Below, piece after piece: positions 12,837-24,088 of a stretch of DNA of 64,000 nt (the first letter of the stretch is position 1; the number at the start of each line of letters is the position of its first letter). The notes under the pieces were generated by a model. That model had not been told where the DNA came from. It saw nothing but the letters and a program-made list of their open reading frames with translations, and ran no database searches. The translations under genes were made by a program, and so were the position numbers. Origin of the DNA: Syntrophales bacterium (GTDB lineage Bacteria; Desulfobacterota; Syntrophia; Syntrophales; UBA6807). The stretch lies in NCBI GenBank assembly GCA_040767195.1, contig JAXGPA010000001.1:672001-736000 (forward strand), written 5' to 3'.

Positions 12837-13115
12837 ATGCAGGTCTTGATCGGTGGAGCGGTAGCGGCGGTTTTGGGACTCATAGGTCTTATGTTCTGGT
12901 GGAAAGAGTTCCTCATTCTCCTCATGGGCGGCGTGCCCATCGCTCTTCTTCTCGGTGGTGCTCTGGCCATTTACGTGGGTTACGATGAACTGAAAGACCA
13001 GCTGAAAGAGAAGAAAGAAAAAGAAAAGGCGGAAAAGGAAAAAGCGGACGAGCTGGCACAAACGAAGGAAGAACTGGCAAAGGTGAAAGAAGAGCTCGAA
13101 AAAGCCAAGAAATAA
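12837..13115 (+). CDS. Small two-helix membrane protein with charged coiled-coil tail (MamI-like pattern)
   Basis: Strong AGGAGG RBS; two hydrophobic helices separated by WW; Lys/Glu-rich tail; own terminator. Confidence 0.8.
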   Translation: MQVLIGGAVAAVLGLIGLMFWWKEFLILLMGGVPIALLLGGALAIYVGYDELKDQLKEKKEKEKAEKEKADELAQTKEELAKVKEELEKAKK

Positions 13116-13198
13116 AGACGCTTAAGCGAAAAGCTGTTTCAGGGGCTCGTCAAAAGATCCCCTCGAAATAAGGGAGCGTTCTTCTGTCAGGGCGCGTA

Positions 13199-13229
13199 AA
13201 AATAGGGACAGGGTTGTCCCTATTTTTTT
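13199..13229 (+). terminator. Rho-independent terminator
   Basis: AAAATAGGGACA-GGGT-TGTCCCTATTTT inverted repeat running into a T-tract. Confidence 0.75.
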
Positions 13230-13266
13230 ATTCATTTACTTTTTGAAAACCCCGTATCGTTTGTTC

Positions 13267-13295
13267 TTGACATGGGAAAACATTTGGAATAGTTT
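13267..13295 (+). promoter_or_regulatory. Sigma70 promoter for the TRAP operon
   Basis: TTGACA-N17-TAGTTT. Confidence 0.65.
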
Positions 13296-13331
13296 CAGTC
13301 AAAATGTAATTCAGCGCTTACCGGTAAACTC

Positions 13332-13394
13332 ATGGAGACAACACCGTCCAAGCGGCCCGCCGCCATTTTGAACGTTTATCCCTACAAGTATTAA
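13332..13394 (+). promoter_or_regulatory. Candidate Tyr-rich leader peptide (METTPSKRPAAILNVYPYKY)
   Basis: 20-codon uORF with 3 Tyr in its last 5 codons, followed at once by a 15-bp hairpin; no clear SD. Confidence 0.45.
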
Positions 13395-13531
13395 CGCCTG
13401 CTTTCCATCCGCCGGGATGGGGAAGCAGGCCTGCCAGACCCCCGAAACCGATCGCTTTTTTGTCGTGAAAATTTTTCAGGCGCCCCGTTCGGGTCCTGAA
13501 ACCTTTCGACCCTTCTCAGGAGGACAGTGTC

Positions 13532-14587
13532 ATGAAAAGGAACTTTCATTTTTTTCCGTCAGCAGGCAGCCTTTGTCTCGTCGTCACGGCCCTTATCCTG
13601 TCTTTTTTCTCGGCGCCCCCGGTTCTCGGAAAGACCCTGGATCTCACTTACAGCGTCTTTTTCCCCTCTACCCACGGACAATGCCAGGCGGCCATGGACT
13701 GGGCCCGGGAAATCGAGAAAAGGTCACAGGGAAAGGTGAAAATCACCGTTTTCCCGGGAGGGACCCTGACCAGTGCCGCCCAGTGCTACGACGGCGTGGT
13801 GAGCGGCATTTCGGACCTGGGAATGTCCTGTTTCGCCTACACCAGGGGCCGTTTTCCCCTCATGGAGACCCTGGACCTGCCCCTCGGTTACCCGGACGGC
13901 CGAACGGCCTCCCTCGTGGCCAATGATTTTGTCCGGAAGTTCAGGCCCAAGGAACTGGATGACGTAAAGCTTCTTTACATTCACGCCCACGGTCCCGGCC
14001 TTCTCCACACCAAGGCCCCGGTGAAAAACCTCGAGGAATTGAAGGGTCTGAAAATACGCTCCACCGGTCTCAGCGCCAAGGTAACGGAAAGTCTCGGCGC
14101 CGTGCCGGTCGCCATGCCCCAGGGGGCGACCTACGAAGCCCTTCAGAAAGGGGTTGTCGAAGGGACCTTCGCACCCATCGAAACCCTCAAGGGATGGCGC
14201 CAGGCAGAAGTGATCAAGTCCACCACGGACTGCCGGGACGTGGGATACACCACGGCCATGTTCGTCGTCATGAACAAGAGCAAGTGGGAGGCCCTGCCGG
14301 AAGATGTCAAAAAAATCTTCGAGGATGCGAGCCGCCAGTGGATCCTCGTCCACGGAAAGGTCTGGGATGACCTTGACCGGGAAGGCCGTGAGTACACCCT
14401 GAGCCTTAAAAACGAGATCATAAAGCTGACCGATGAAGAAAACCGGCGTTGGGTCGAGGCGGTGAAACCCATCATCGACCGTCACATCGAGGAGGCGGAA
14501 ACGAAAGGGCTGCCCGGTACGGCGGCTGTCGAAGCGGTGCGGGACGGCATCCGGGAGCACGGCATGGAGAAAAGCGGCAAGCCCTGA
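13532..14587 (+). CDS. dctP: TRAP transporter substrate-binding protein (DctP family)
   Basis: Signal peptide, [42 protein letters not shown]. Confidence 0.93.
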   Translation: MKRNFHFFPSAGSLCLVVTALILSFFSAPPVLGKTLDLTYSVFFPSTHGQCQAAMDWAREIEKRSQGKVKITVFPGGTLTSAAQCYDGVVSGISDLGMSCFAYTRGRFPLMETLDLPLGYPDGRTASLVANDFVRKFRPKELDDVKLLYIHAHGPGLLHTKAPVKNLEELKGLKIRSTGLSAKVTESLGAVPVAMPQGATYEALQKGVVEGTFAPIETLKGWRQAEVIKSTTDCRDVGYTTAMFVVMNKSKWEALPEDVKKIFEDASRQWILVHGKVWDDLDREGREYTLSLKNEIIKLTDEENRRWVEAVKPIIDRHIEEAETKGLPGTAAVEAVRDGIREHGMEKSGKP

Positions 14588-14599
14588 AACGGAAGGTCC

Positions 14600-15088
14600 A
14601 TGATTCACCGGATCGATTACACGGTCAGGAAACTGGCATCGGGATTCAACGGGATCGCGGGAGCGGCCGTCGTCGCCATGATGTTTCTCGTGACATTGGA
14701 CGTCCTTTTACGGTTCTTCCGCCATCCCATTCCCGGAACCTACGAGATAGCGGGACTCCTTGGAACGGTCGTGGTTTCCTTCTCCCTGGCCTCCACGTTC
14801 CTGGAAAGGGGACACATCGTCGTGGAATTCCTCGTCCGGAAGCTGCCCCGGAAAGCCCGGGAAATTGTGGATGGGATCAACGGCATCGCGAGCTTCCTCC
14901 TTTTTGCCCTCGTGACCTGGCAATGCTGGCGTTACGGAACGACCCTGAGAGAAAGCGGTGAGGTTTCCCTGACCGTTCAGATCCCCCTGTATCCCTTCCT
15001 CTACGGAATCTCCGCCGGGTGCGGTCTTCTCTGTCTGGTCATCCTGTCCGACCTGGCGGCAACCGCCCGGAGGATTCAGAAAACATGA
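14600..15088 (+). CDS. dctQ: TRAP transporter small permease (DctQ)
   Basis: 4 hydrophobic segments, DVLLR, GHIVVE; lies between dctP and dctM. Confidence 0.9.
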   Translation: MIHRIDYTVRKLASGFNGIAGAAVVAMMFLVTLDVLLRFFRHPIPGTYEIAGLLGTVVVSFSLASTFLERGHIVVEFLVRKLPRKAREIVDGINGIASFLLFALVTWQCWRYGTTLRESGEVSLTVQIPLYPFLYGISAGCGLLCLVILSDLAATARRIQKT

Positions 15089-16386
15089 CCCCCCAGACCG
15101 TCGGCATCATCGGAATCTGTTTCCTCTTCGTGCTCATTTTCTCCCGGATGCCCATCGGGTTCGTCATGGCCGCCGTGGGTTTCGTCGGGTTCGGGTCCCT
15201 TGTTTCCTTCGACGCGGCCTTGAATCTTCTCGCCCGGGACGTTTTTGACGTTTTCGGGTCCTACAGCCTCACGGTCATCCCCCTGTTCGTTTTCATGGGC
15301 CAGCTCGCCTTTCATTCCGGGATCAGTTCCCGGCTCTTCGACGCGGCCTACAAGTTCATCGGCCACCTCCCCGGGGGACTGGCCATGGCCACCATCGGCG
15401 CCTGCGCCGGGTTTTCCGCCATTTGCGGGTCCACCAACGCCACCGCCGCGACCATGGCGGCGGCGGCCCTTCCTGAGATGAAACGCTATGATTACAAGCC
15501 CGGGCTCGCCACGGGGGTGGTCGCAGCGGGAGGCAGCCTGGGTATCCTCATCCCGCCCAGCGTCATTTTCATCGTCTACGGGATCATGACCCAGCAGTCC
15601 ATCGGTAAGCTTTTCGTCGCGGGGATCCTTCCGGGAATCCTGCTGACCCTGCTCTTCGCCGCGACCATCGCCCTGTGGGTCACCTTGAAACCAGACCTCG
15701 CCCCCCGGGGGCCCCGCTTCACCGGACGGGAAAAACTGACGTCCCTTTCAGGCCTCGGGGAAACCCTGCTCCTTTTCGTCATCATCATGGGCGGACTTTT
15801 CGTGGGGTTTTTCACCCCCACGGAAGCCGGGGCGGTGGGTGCCTTTTCCACCCTTGCCATAGCGGTTTTTCGAAAACAGATAGACTGGAGAGGATTCGTC
15901 ACCGCCCTTCGGGAAACGACCCGGATCACCTGCATGATCCTGGTCATCGTTACCGGAGCCACTGTTTTCGGTCATTTCCTGGCCGTCACCAGGATACCTT
16001 TCGAAATCGCCGGGTGGATCGCGGGATTCGATCTCCCGCCCTGGATGATCATGATGTTCATCATCCTCACCTATCTCGTCGGCGGGTGTCTCATCGACTC
16101 CCTGGCCCTCATCATGCTCACCGTCCCCATCTTCTTTCCCGTGGTTCTCCATCTGGGGTTTGATCCCATCTGGTTCGGGGTCGTCATCGTCCTGATCACC
16201 CAGATCGGGGTCATCACTCCCCCCGTGGGCATCAATGTCTACGTCGTCAGCGGCGTGGCCCGGGACGTCCCCCTGGATGTCATTTTCCGGGGCGTGGTCC
16301 CGCTGCTCCTCGCCCTGGTCATCGGGACACTGCTCCTTATCCCGTTTCCCTGGATCGCCCTTTATCTTCCCAGTCTGATGAAGTAA
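15085..16386 (+). CDS. dctM: TRAP transporter large permease (DctM)
   Basis: IPLFVFMG, LGILIPPS, TPTEAG, DPIWFG, ITPPVG; ATGA overlap with dctQ. Confidence 0.95.
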   Translation: MTPQTVGIIGICFLFVLIFSRMPIGFVMAAVGFVGFGSLVSFDAALNLLARDVFDVFGSYSLTVIPLFVFMGQLAFHSGISSRLFDAAYKFIGHLPGGLAMATIGACAGFSAICGSTNATAATMAAAALPEMKRYDYKPGLATGVVAAGGSLGILIPPSVIFIVYGIMTQQSIGKLFVAGILPGILLTLLFAATIALWVTLKPDLAPRGPRFTGREKLTSLSGLGETLLLFVIIMGGLFVGFFTPTEAGAVGAFSTLAIAVFRKQIDWRGFVTALRETTRITCMILVIVTGATVFGHFLAVTRIPFEIAGWIAGFDLPPWMIMMFIILTYLVGGCLIDSLALIMLTVPIFFPVVLHLGFDPIWFGVVIVLITQIGVITPPVGINVYVVSGVARDVPLDVIFRGVVPLLLALVIGTLLLIPFPWIALYLPSLMK

Positions 16387-16400
16387 ACCGGACGGCGGGC

Positions 16401-16904
16401 TTAAACCCCGGCTTCGGGCTGTTTTTCTTTTTTTCTGAAGATTTCGTAAAGAAGCAGGCAGGCGCCCACGGAAATGGCCGAATCGGCCACGTTGAAGGCG
16501 GGCCAGTGGTAGGAACCCACGTAAAAATCGAGGAAATCCACGACCTCGCCGAACCGGACCCGGTCGAGGAGATTCCCCAGGGCCCCCCCTGAGATGAGGG
16601 ACAGGGCGGTGGTCTGAAGGAGGGTCCCCTCTTTGTGCCGGATGATGAAATATAGAATGAGAAAGACCGCGACAACGGCCACTGCGGAGAAGAAAAAGGA
16701 ACGAAAGGCCGGTGACGCCTGGGCGAGAAACCCGAAAGCCGCCCCGGGGTTCCGGACATAGGTCAAATCGAAGAACCCCGGAATGACCGACAGGGATTCA
16801 TGAAGGGAAAAGCGGGCCATGACCATGGCCTTGGTCACCAGATCCAGTCAGAGGACCCCTCCCGCCAGGAAAAAGAAGAGAAGATACCGTGTCTTTCCTC
16901 TCAA
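16401..16904 (-). CDS. lspA: Lipoprotein signal peptidase II with an in-frame TGA at codon 19 (recoded, pseudogene or sequence error)
   Basis: GAAGGAGG-7nt-TTG start gives MRGKTRYLLFFFLAGGVL*LDLVTK...; NPGAAFG, GGALGNLLDR, VVDFLD, WPAFNVAD intact; follows ileS. Confidence 0.88.
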
Positions 16905-16928
16905 CGAAACGCCTCCTTCACGGTAAGA

Positions 16929-19730
16929 TCAGGAAAGGTTCCTGTGGCACCGTTCGCACAGCTGGTGATGATCAGCGATGGTTCCCACGGACTCGCTGTA
17001 GTTCCAGCAGCGGGAGCATTTTTCGCCCCGGGCCCTGGAAACGCCGATTCGGAGACCTTCGAACTCGGCGCTGACAAAGGGATCGCTCAGGCTGTCGCCT
17101 TCGACCAGGGCCATCTGGGAGACGATCGCCAGGGCCCGAAGATCGTCCATGTTTTCCTCCAGGAGGCCGGCCAGTTTTTCCGGCGCGGCGATTTCCACAC
17201 GGCAGTCCAGGGAGTGACCCACCACCTTGTCTTTCCTCGCTTTTTCAACGGCCTTTGAAATCTCCCCCTTCACCTCGGCCAGGGTTTTCCACTTTTCTCC
17301 GACGGCCCGGTCGATCCAGTCTTCCCGGGCTTCCGGGAAAAGGGTCATGTGGACACTTTGCGGCCGTCCCGGTTCGGCGGGCAGGGCGGCCCAGACCTCT
17401 TCGGCCGTGAAGGTGAGGATCGGGGCGATGAGCCGCATGAGCGTGTCGAGAATGATGAACATGGCCGTCTGGGCGGATCGGCGCTCCCGCGATTTGGGCC
17501 GTGACGTGTAAAGGCGGTCCTTGAGGACATCGAGGTAGAGGGCGCTCAGGTCCACGGTGCAGTAATTGTAAAGGGTGTAGTAAACCACGTGGAACTGGTA
17601 GTTTTCATAGGCTTTCCGGACCCGCCGGATCACCAGCTGGAGACGGTTCAGGGCCGCCCTGTCCATCTCGCCCATGTCGCCGTAGGGAAGCCGGTCCGAC
17701 TCGGGGTCGAAATCGTAGAGGTTCCCCAGGATGTAACGGCTCGTGTTCCGGATTCTCCGGTAGGCGTCGATGAGCCTTTTCACGATCTCGTCGGAGATCC
17801 GGATGTCCACCGTGTAGTCCTCGGCGGCCACCCAGAGCCTCAGGATCTCCGCCCCGTGCAGGTCCACCATCTCCTGGGGGTCGATGACGTTCCCCTGGGA
17901 CTTGGACATTTTCTTTCCCTCTCCGTCGACGACGAAGCCGTGGGTCAGGACCTCCCGGTAGGGGGCTCTCCCCCGGGTACCCGCCGATTCGAGTAGGGAA
18001 GAATGAAACCATCCCCGGTGCTGGTCGCTCCCCTCGAGATACATGTCAGAGGGGGAGCGGAGGTCGGGCCAGCGATCCTGATGCTCCAGGACCGCCGCAT
18101 GGCTCACCCCCGAGTCGAACCAGACATCGAGGATGTTCGATTCCTTGGTGAAGGCCGCGCCGCCGCAGGCGGGGCAGGTCGTCCCCTGGGGCAGGAGTTC
18201 CGAGGCCTCCCGCTCGAACCACACATCGGCGCCGAATTCCCGGACCAGGCCGACGATGCGGTCGAGGGTCTCCTTCGTGGCCAGGTGGGCGTTGCAGTTC
18301 CTGCAGTAAAAAACGGTGATGGGGACACCCCAGAGGCGCTGCCGGGAAATGCACCAGTCGGGCCGGTTTTCGATCATGCCGTAGATCCGGTCCCGGCCCC
18401 AGGCGGGAATCCACCGGACCGTGTCGATGGCCTTCAGGGCCTTTTCCCGGAGAGCGTTCTTCTCCATGGAAATGAACCACTGCTCCGTGGACCGGAAGAT
18501 GATGGGGTTCTTGCACCGCCAGCAGTGGGGATACTGGTGCTCCACGTCCATCTCCCCGAGGAGGGCCCCGGCTTCCTTCAGTTTTTCGTTCACGGGACCG
18601 TTGGCATCGAAGACGTACATGCCGGCGAAATCGTTGACGTCCGGGGTGAGTTTCCCGTCATCGTCAACGGGCGAGTAGACGTCGAGGCCGTATTCGAGGC
18701 CGATTTCGTAGTCTTCCTGCCCGTGACCGGGGGCGATGTGGACGCAGCCCGTCCCGGCCTCGAGTGTCACAAAGGGGGCCAGGATGAGGACGCTCTCCCG
18801 ATCGACAAGAGGGTGGCGGCACTTGAGGCCCTCCATGATCTCCCCCTTGAACTCTTCGAGAATTTCGTAAGGCTCGTTCCGAAGGCCGAAGGCATCGAGA
18901 CAGTAATCGAGAAGCTCTTTCGCGAGGATGAGGACCTCTCCCCTGACCTTGACGGCCACGTAATCGAAATCCTTGTGAAAGGCGATGGCCAGGTTGGCCG
19001 GGATGGTCCAGGGGGTGGTCGTCCAGATCATGACGTTCACCGACTCTCCGGCGAGTCCCGGTATGCGTTCCGATATGTCTGAAATCATGGGAAACTTGAC
19101 ATAAATGGACGGCGTCGTGTGATCCCCGTACTCCACTTCCGCCTCCGCCAGGGCCGTCTTGCAGGAAGCGCACCAGTAAACGGGCTTCTTGCCCCGGTAG
19201 ATGTCCCCGTTCAGCATGAGCTTGCCGAACTCTTCCACCGTCTGGGCCTCATAGTCGAAATCCATGGTGACGTAGGGGTGGCCCCAGTCTCCGAAAACTC
19301 CCAGCCTCTTGAACTGGCGGCGCTGAATGTCGAGATACCGGTTCGCGTAGGACCGGCACATGCGCCTTTTGTCCCCATGGGGAATCTCGTAGCGCTTCGC
19401 CCCCAGTTCCTTGTCCACCTGGTGCTCGATGGGCAGACCGTGGCAGTCCCAGCCAGGCACGAAGACACTGTCGTATCCCGCCATATTCTTGGACTTGATG
19501 ACGATGTCCTTGATGATCTTGTTCAGGGCCGTCCCGAGGTGAATGTCGCCGTTGGCGTAGGGCGGTCCGTCATGAAGGATGTACGGGGGCCTCCCCTTGG
19601 AAACCTCCCGGATTTTCCCGTAAATGTCCATCTCTTCCCAGAACCGGAGGGTTTCCGGTTCCTTTTTCGGCAGGTTGGCCTTCATGGGGAATTCGGTTTG
19701 CGGAAGGTTCAAGGTGTCTTTGTAATCCAT
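16929..19730 (-). CDS. ileS: Isoleucine--tRNA ligase (type 1)
   Basis: [42 protein letters not shown]-terminal CSRC/CERC zinc finger. Confidence 0.97.
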   Translation of the reverse strand: MDYKDTLNLPQTEFPMKANLPKKEPETLRFWEEMDIYGKIREVSKGRPPYILHDGPPYANGDIHLGTALNKIIKDIVIKSKNMAGYDSVFVPGWDCHGLPIEHQVDKELGAKRYEIPHGDKRRMCRSYANRYLDIQRRQFKRLGVFGDWGHPYVTMDFDYEAQTVEEFGKLMLNGDIYRGKKPVYWCASCKTALAEAEVEYGDHTTPSIYVKFPMISDISERIPGLAGESVNVMIWTTTPWTIPANLAIAFHKDFDYVAVKVRGEVLILAKELLDYCLDAFGLRNEPYEILEEFKGEIMEGLKCRHPLVDRESVLILAPFVTLEAGTGCVHIAPGHGQEDYEIGLEYGLDVYSPVDDDGKLTPDVNDFAGMYVFDANGPVNEKLKEAGALLGEMDVEHQYPHCWRCKNPIIFRSTEQWFISMEKNALREKALKAIDTVRWIPAWGRDRIYGMIENRPDWCISRQRLWGVPITVFYCRNCNAHLATKETLDRIVGLVREFGADVWFEREASELLPQGTTCPACGGAAFTKESNILDVWFDSGVSHAAVLEHQDRWPDLRSPSDMYLEGSDQHRGWFHSSLLESAGTRGRAPYREVLTHGFVVDGEGKKMSKSQGNVIDPQEMVDLHGAEILRLWVAAEDYTVDIRISDEIVKRLIDAYRRIRNTSRYILGNLYDFDPESDRLPYGDMGEMDRAALNRLQLVIRRVRKAYENYQFHVVYYTLYNYCTVDLSALYLDVLKDRLYTSRPKSRERRSAQTAMFIILDTLMRLIAPILTFTAEEVWAALPAEPGRPQSVHMTLFPEAREDWIDRAVGEKWKTLAEVKGEISKAVEKARKDKVVGHSLDCRVEIAAPEKLAGLLEENMDDLRALAIVSQMALVEGDSLSDPFVSAEFEGLRIGVSRARGEKCSRCWNYSESVGTIADHHQLCERCHRNLS

Positions 19731-19866
19731 GGACGTTTTCTCCCATCGATAATGATCCTGAATCCATAACACAGGAGGGGAGAATGAGGCAATATTTTTC
19801 CGGGGAATGTGACGTGAGGACGAGGGGGGTTCACAGGCGGAAAAGGGCAACCGGGCTTTCCCACAT

Positions 19867-19898
19867 AAAAAAGGACCCCCGGAGGTTCCGGGGGTCCT
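19867..19898 (-). terminator. Rho-independent terminator of groESL
   Basis: GGACCCCCGGA-N3-TCCGGGGGTCC followed by TTTTTT on the minus strand, just past the groEL stop. Confidence 0.85.
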
Positions 19899-19931
19899 CG
19901 TGACTCACTCTTTTACGGGCCGTTTCGGCGA

Positions 19932-21587
<1,656 letters not shown>

Positions 21588-21607
21588 CTATAAATTCATG
21601 TGTTTTT

Positions 21608-21898
21608 TTACTTTTCGATAATCCCGAGAACATCCTCTTCCCGCATGATGAGGAAATCCTCACCGTCGATCTTGATGTCCGTCCCGGCATATTTATTGAA
21701 AAGGATGCGGTTCCCGGCTTTGACGTCCAGGGCGATCACCTTGCCCTCCTCGGTTCTCCTGCCGCCGCCGACGGCCACCACTTCTCCCTCCGCAGGTTTT
21801 TCCTTGGCGCTGTCGGGAATGATAATCCCGCCCTTCGTCTTTTCCTCTTCCTTGACCCGCTTGACCAGGATTCTGTCATGCAACGGCCTTACCTTCAT
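21608..21898 (-). CDS. groS: Co-chaperonin GroES
   Basis: [27 protein letters not shown] after AAGGAG. Confidence 0.98.
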   Translation of the reverse strand: MKVRPLHDRILVKRVKEEEKTKGGIIIPDSAKEKPAEGEVVAVGGGRRTEEGKVIALDVKAGNRILFNKYAGTDIKIDGEDFLIMREEDVLGIIEK

Positions 21899-22099
21899 GT
21901 GACTTTCTCCTTTCTGATGTGTTTTATTAAAATGAATTTTCAAGCAAAGGATGAGGGTTAACGATCCCCTCCCAAATCAGCAATAAATTAAACATGAAAA
22001 ATTGCCTGTCAAGGGAGACCGTTATTTTTTTTAAAAACCCTCAACTTTTTTGTGGGGGAAAGGGGCAACGGGTTGCGTCGCGTTTTTTCAGACCGTCTC

Positions 22100-22717
22100 T
22101 CACTTTACGGGATTTTTTATCAGCACGGGCACCGAACAGGCGTCCCGGAACCGGCGGGCGTCTTCCATGGTGCCCACGAGGTCGCCGCAGTGGATGGGAA
22201 TGGCGACCTTGGGGCCGATGATCCGGGCCGCTTCCGCCGCTTCCTCGGCGGTCATGGTATAGGTTCCGCCCACGGGCAGGATGGCGATGTCCGCCCGGAT
22301 GTCTTTCATTTCAGGAATGAGGTCGGTATCGCCTCCGTAGTAAATCCGCTGCCCCTCCATGGTGACGACGAACCCGAGCCAGGCGTTTTCCTTGGGATGA
22401 AAGGCCTTGTTTCTGTTATAGGACGGGACGGTTTCGATTTCCGTGTCGCCCACGACGAAACGCTCTCCCGGCCCGGCGGTCCGCACATCCCCGGTGAGAC
22501 CCGCCGCCGCGTCGGCCGCCGTGATGATGACTGTTTCCTTCTTCTGGATCTTTTTCACATCATCCGGTGAATAGTGATCATAGTGGCTGTGGCTGATGAG
22601 GATAATATCCGCCTTTTCGGAACCGTCCTTCAACTTCCACGGATCGATGTACACCACCTGTCCGCCTGTGATCTTTATGCTGGAATGGCCCAGCCAGGTT
22701 ATATTTTCACGCATCAT
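22100..22717 (-). CDS. MBL-fold metallo-hydrolase (UlaG/UPF0173-like)
   Basis: WLGHSS, YIDPW, SHSHYDH, YYGGDT, LPVGG, IPIH. Confidence 0.9.
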   Translation of the reverse strand: MMRENITWLGHSSIKITGGQVVYIDPWKLKDGSEKADIILISHSHYDHYSPDDVKKIQKKETVIITAADAAAGLTGDVRTAGPGERFVVGDTEIETVPSYNRNKAFHPKENAWLGFVVTMEGQRIYYGGDTDLIPEMKDIRADIAILPVGGTYTMTAEEAAEAARIIGPKVAIPIHCGDLVGTMEDARRFRDACSVPVLIKNPVK

Positions 22718-23016
22718 GACGCAACCTCCCTCATATTTACCCTCTTTATTACCTTTTTTTCCACGGCGGGTCAAAACACGATCCCCGGGCGTTTCCATTG
22801 ACAAAAAAAAACCTTTCATGATAGACGGCGACGAAAACGGGCCGTGACCACCGGCTCTTCGCCTTCCCCTCACGGCGGCGCACCGGCTGAAAGACGACCC
22901 TGGTCCTCGGCCACCTTGCCTGTCGAGCCGTTTACACAGCCGCCAGAAAAATCTTTTTCGCGACTTTCGGAAGATTTACCGTGACGGGTATCTCTCTGAA
23001 AAGAAAGGAAAGGGGA

Positions 23017-23835
23017 ATGAAAAACATGGAAGCCACGGCCGTCGATGCGGCCCGCGAGGCCGGCATCCTCCTGAAAAGCCGGTTCCGCCAATCACACCAG
23101 GTGACCTACAAGGGAGAAATCGACCTCGTCACGGAAGCCGACGCCCTGTCGGAAGAGCTTATCGTTAAACGGATCACGTCAGCCTGGCCTGACCACGACA
23201 TCCTGGCGGAAGAGCGGCCAGGCCGGGCTACCGGGGCAGCGTTCCGGTGGATTATCGACCCGCTCGACGGAACGACCAATTACGCCCATGGTTATCCCGT
23301 CTTCTGCGTTTCCATAGCCCTGGAACGGGAGGGCCGGGTCGTTCTGGGGGTGATCTACAACCCGATGCTGGAGGAGCTGTTTGTCGCCCGGGAAGGCGGA
23401 GGTGCTTTCCGGAACGGCGAGCGGATCGCCGTGTCCCAAACCGGATCCCTGAACCGAAGCCTCCTCGCCACGGGATTTCCCTACGACATCCGGGAAAACC
23501 CCGTTAACAATATTTCTTACTTCAATGCCCTCGCGGTCAGGGTCCAGGCCATTCGGCGGGCCGGTTCAGCGGCCCTTGACCTGGCCTACGTCGCCACGGG
23601 ACGCTTCGACGGCTTCTGGGAACTGCGGCTCAGGCCCTGGGACACGGCGGCGGGTGCCCTGCTCGTCCGTGAGGCGGGGGGCATGGTCACGGAAATCGGG
23701 GACCGGCCCTTTCACCTCCTGTCTCCTTCCGTCGTGGCGACGAACGGCAGGATACACCGGACCCTCAACGCCGTCCTTGGCGAAACGGACCCCCTTGATG
23801 AAAGACTGGCCGGTTCGGCAGAAAAACCCTCTTAA
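23017..23835 (+). CDS. suhB: Inositol monophosphatase family protein
   Basis: DLVTEAD, WIIDPLDGTTNY, RRAGSAALDL, PWDTAAG. Confidence 0.92.
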   Translation: MKNMEATAVDAAREAGILLKSRFRQSHQVTYKGEIDLVTEADALSEELIVKRITSAWPDHDILAEERPGRATGAAFRWIIDPLDGTTNYAHGYPVFCVSIALEREGRVVLGVIYNPMLEELFVAREGGGAFRNGERIAVSQTGSLNRSLLATGFPYDIRENPVNNISYFNALAVRVQAIRRAGSAALDLAYVATGRFDGFWELRLRPWDTAAGALLVREAGGMVTEIGDRPFHLLSPSVVATNGRIHRTLNAVLGETDPLDERLAGSAEKPS

Positions 23836-23972
23836 GACAGGCATTCCCCGGAGGCGGACGCCCCGGGGAAAAAGCGCTTCACAGTGACCGGTTAAAAAGT
23901 TCTTGACAGTCTGCCGGAAAATATGCTTTATACAGCATAAAGAGTGTATCTTCTACGACTCTTTCCATGGCG

Positions 23973-24015
23973 GGGGCGGCTGATTTTCCGGCAAATCAGC
24001 CGCCCCTCTCCTTTT
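23973..24015 (+). terminator. Strong hairpin, probable terminator (of suhB or of a small RNA)
   Basis: GGGGCGGCTGATTT-TCCGGC-AAATCAGCCGCCCC 14-bp stem followed by TCTCCTTTT. Confidence 0.65.
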
Positions 24016-24088
24016 GGGAACACCCCGCGACAATTTTCAAAAGACGGCATCATCACGGATTTTCCGGCCCGACTATCTCAGGGGACCG

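Noticed and set aside
21899..22099. CIRCE element upstream of groES
   Set aside because: TTAGCACTC-N9-GAGTGCTAA was not found; only a TTGACA box and a weak sigma32-like match are present
22874..22945. tRNA-like element ending in GCCGCCA
   Set aside because: No T-loop, D-loop or anticodon arm; kept only as part of a possible structured leader
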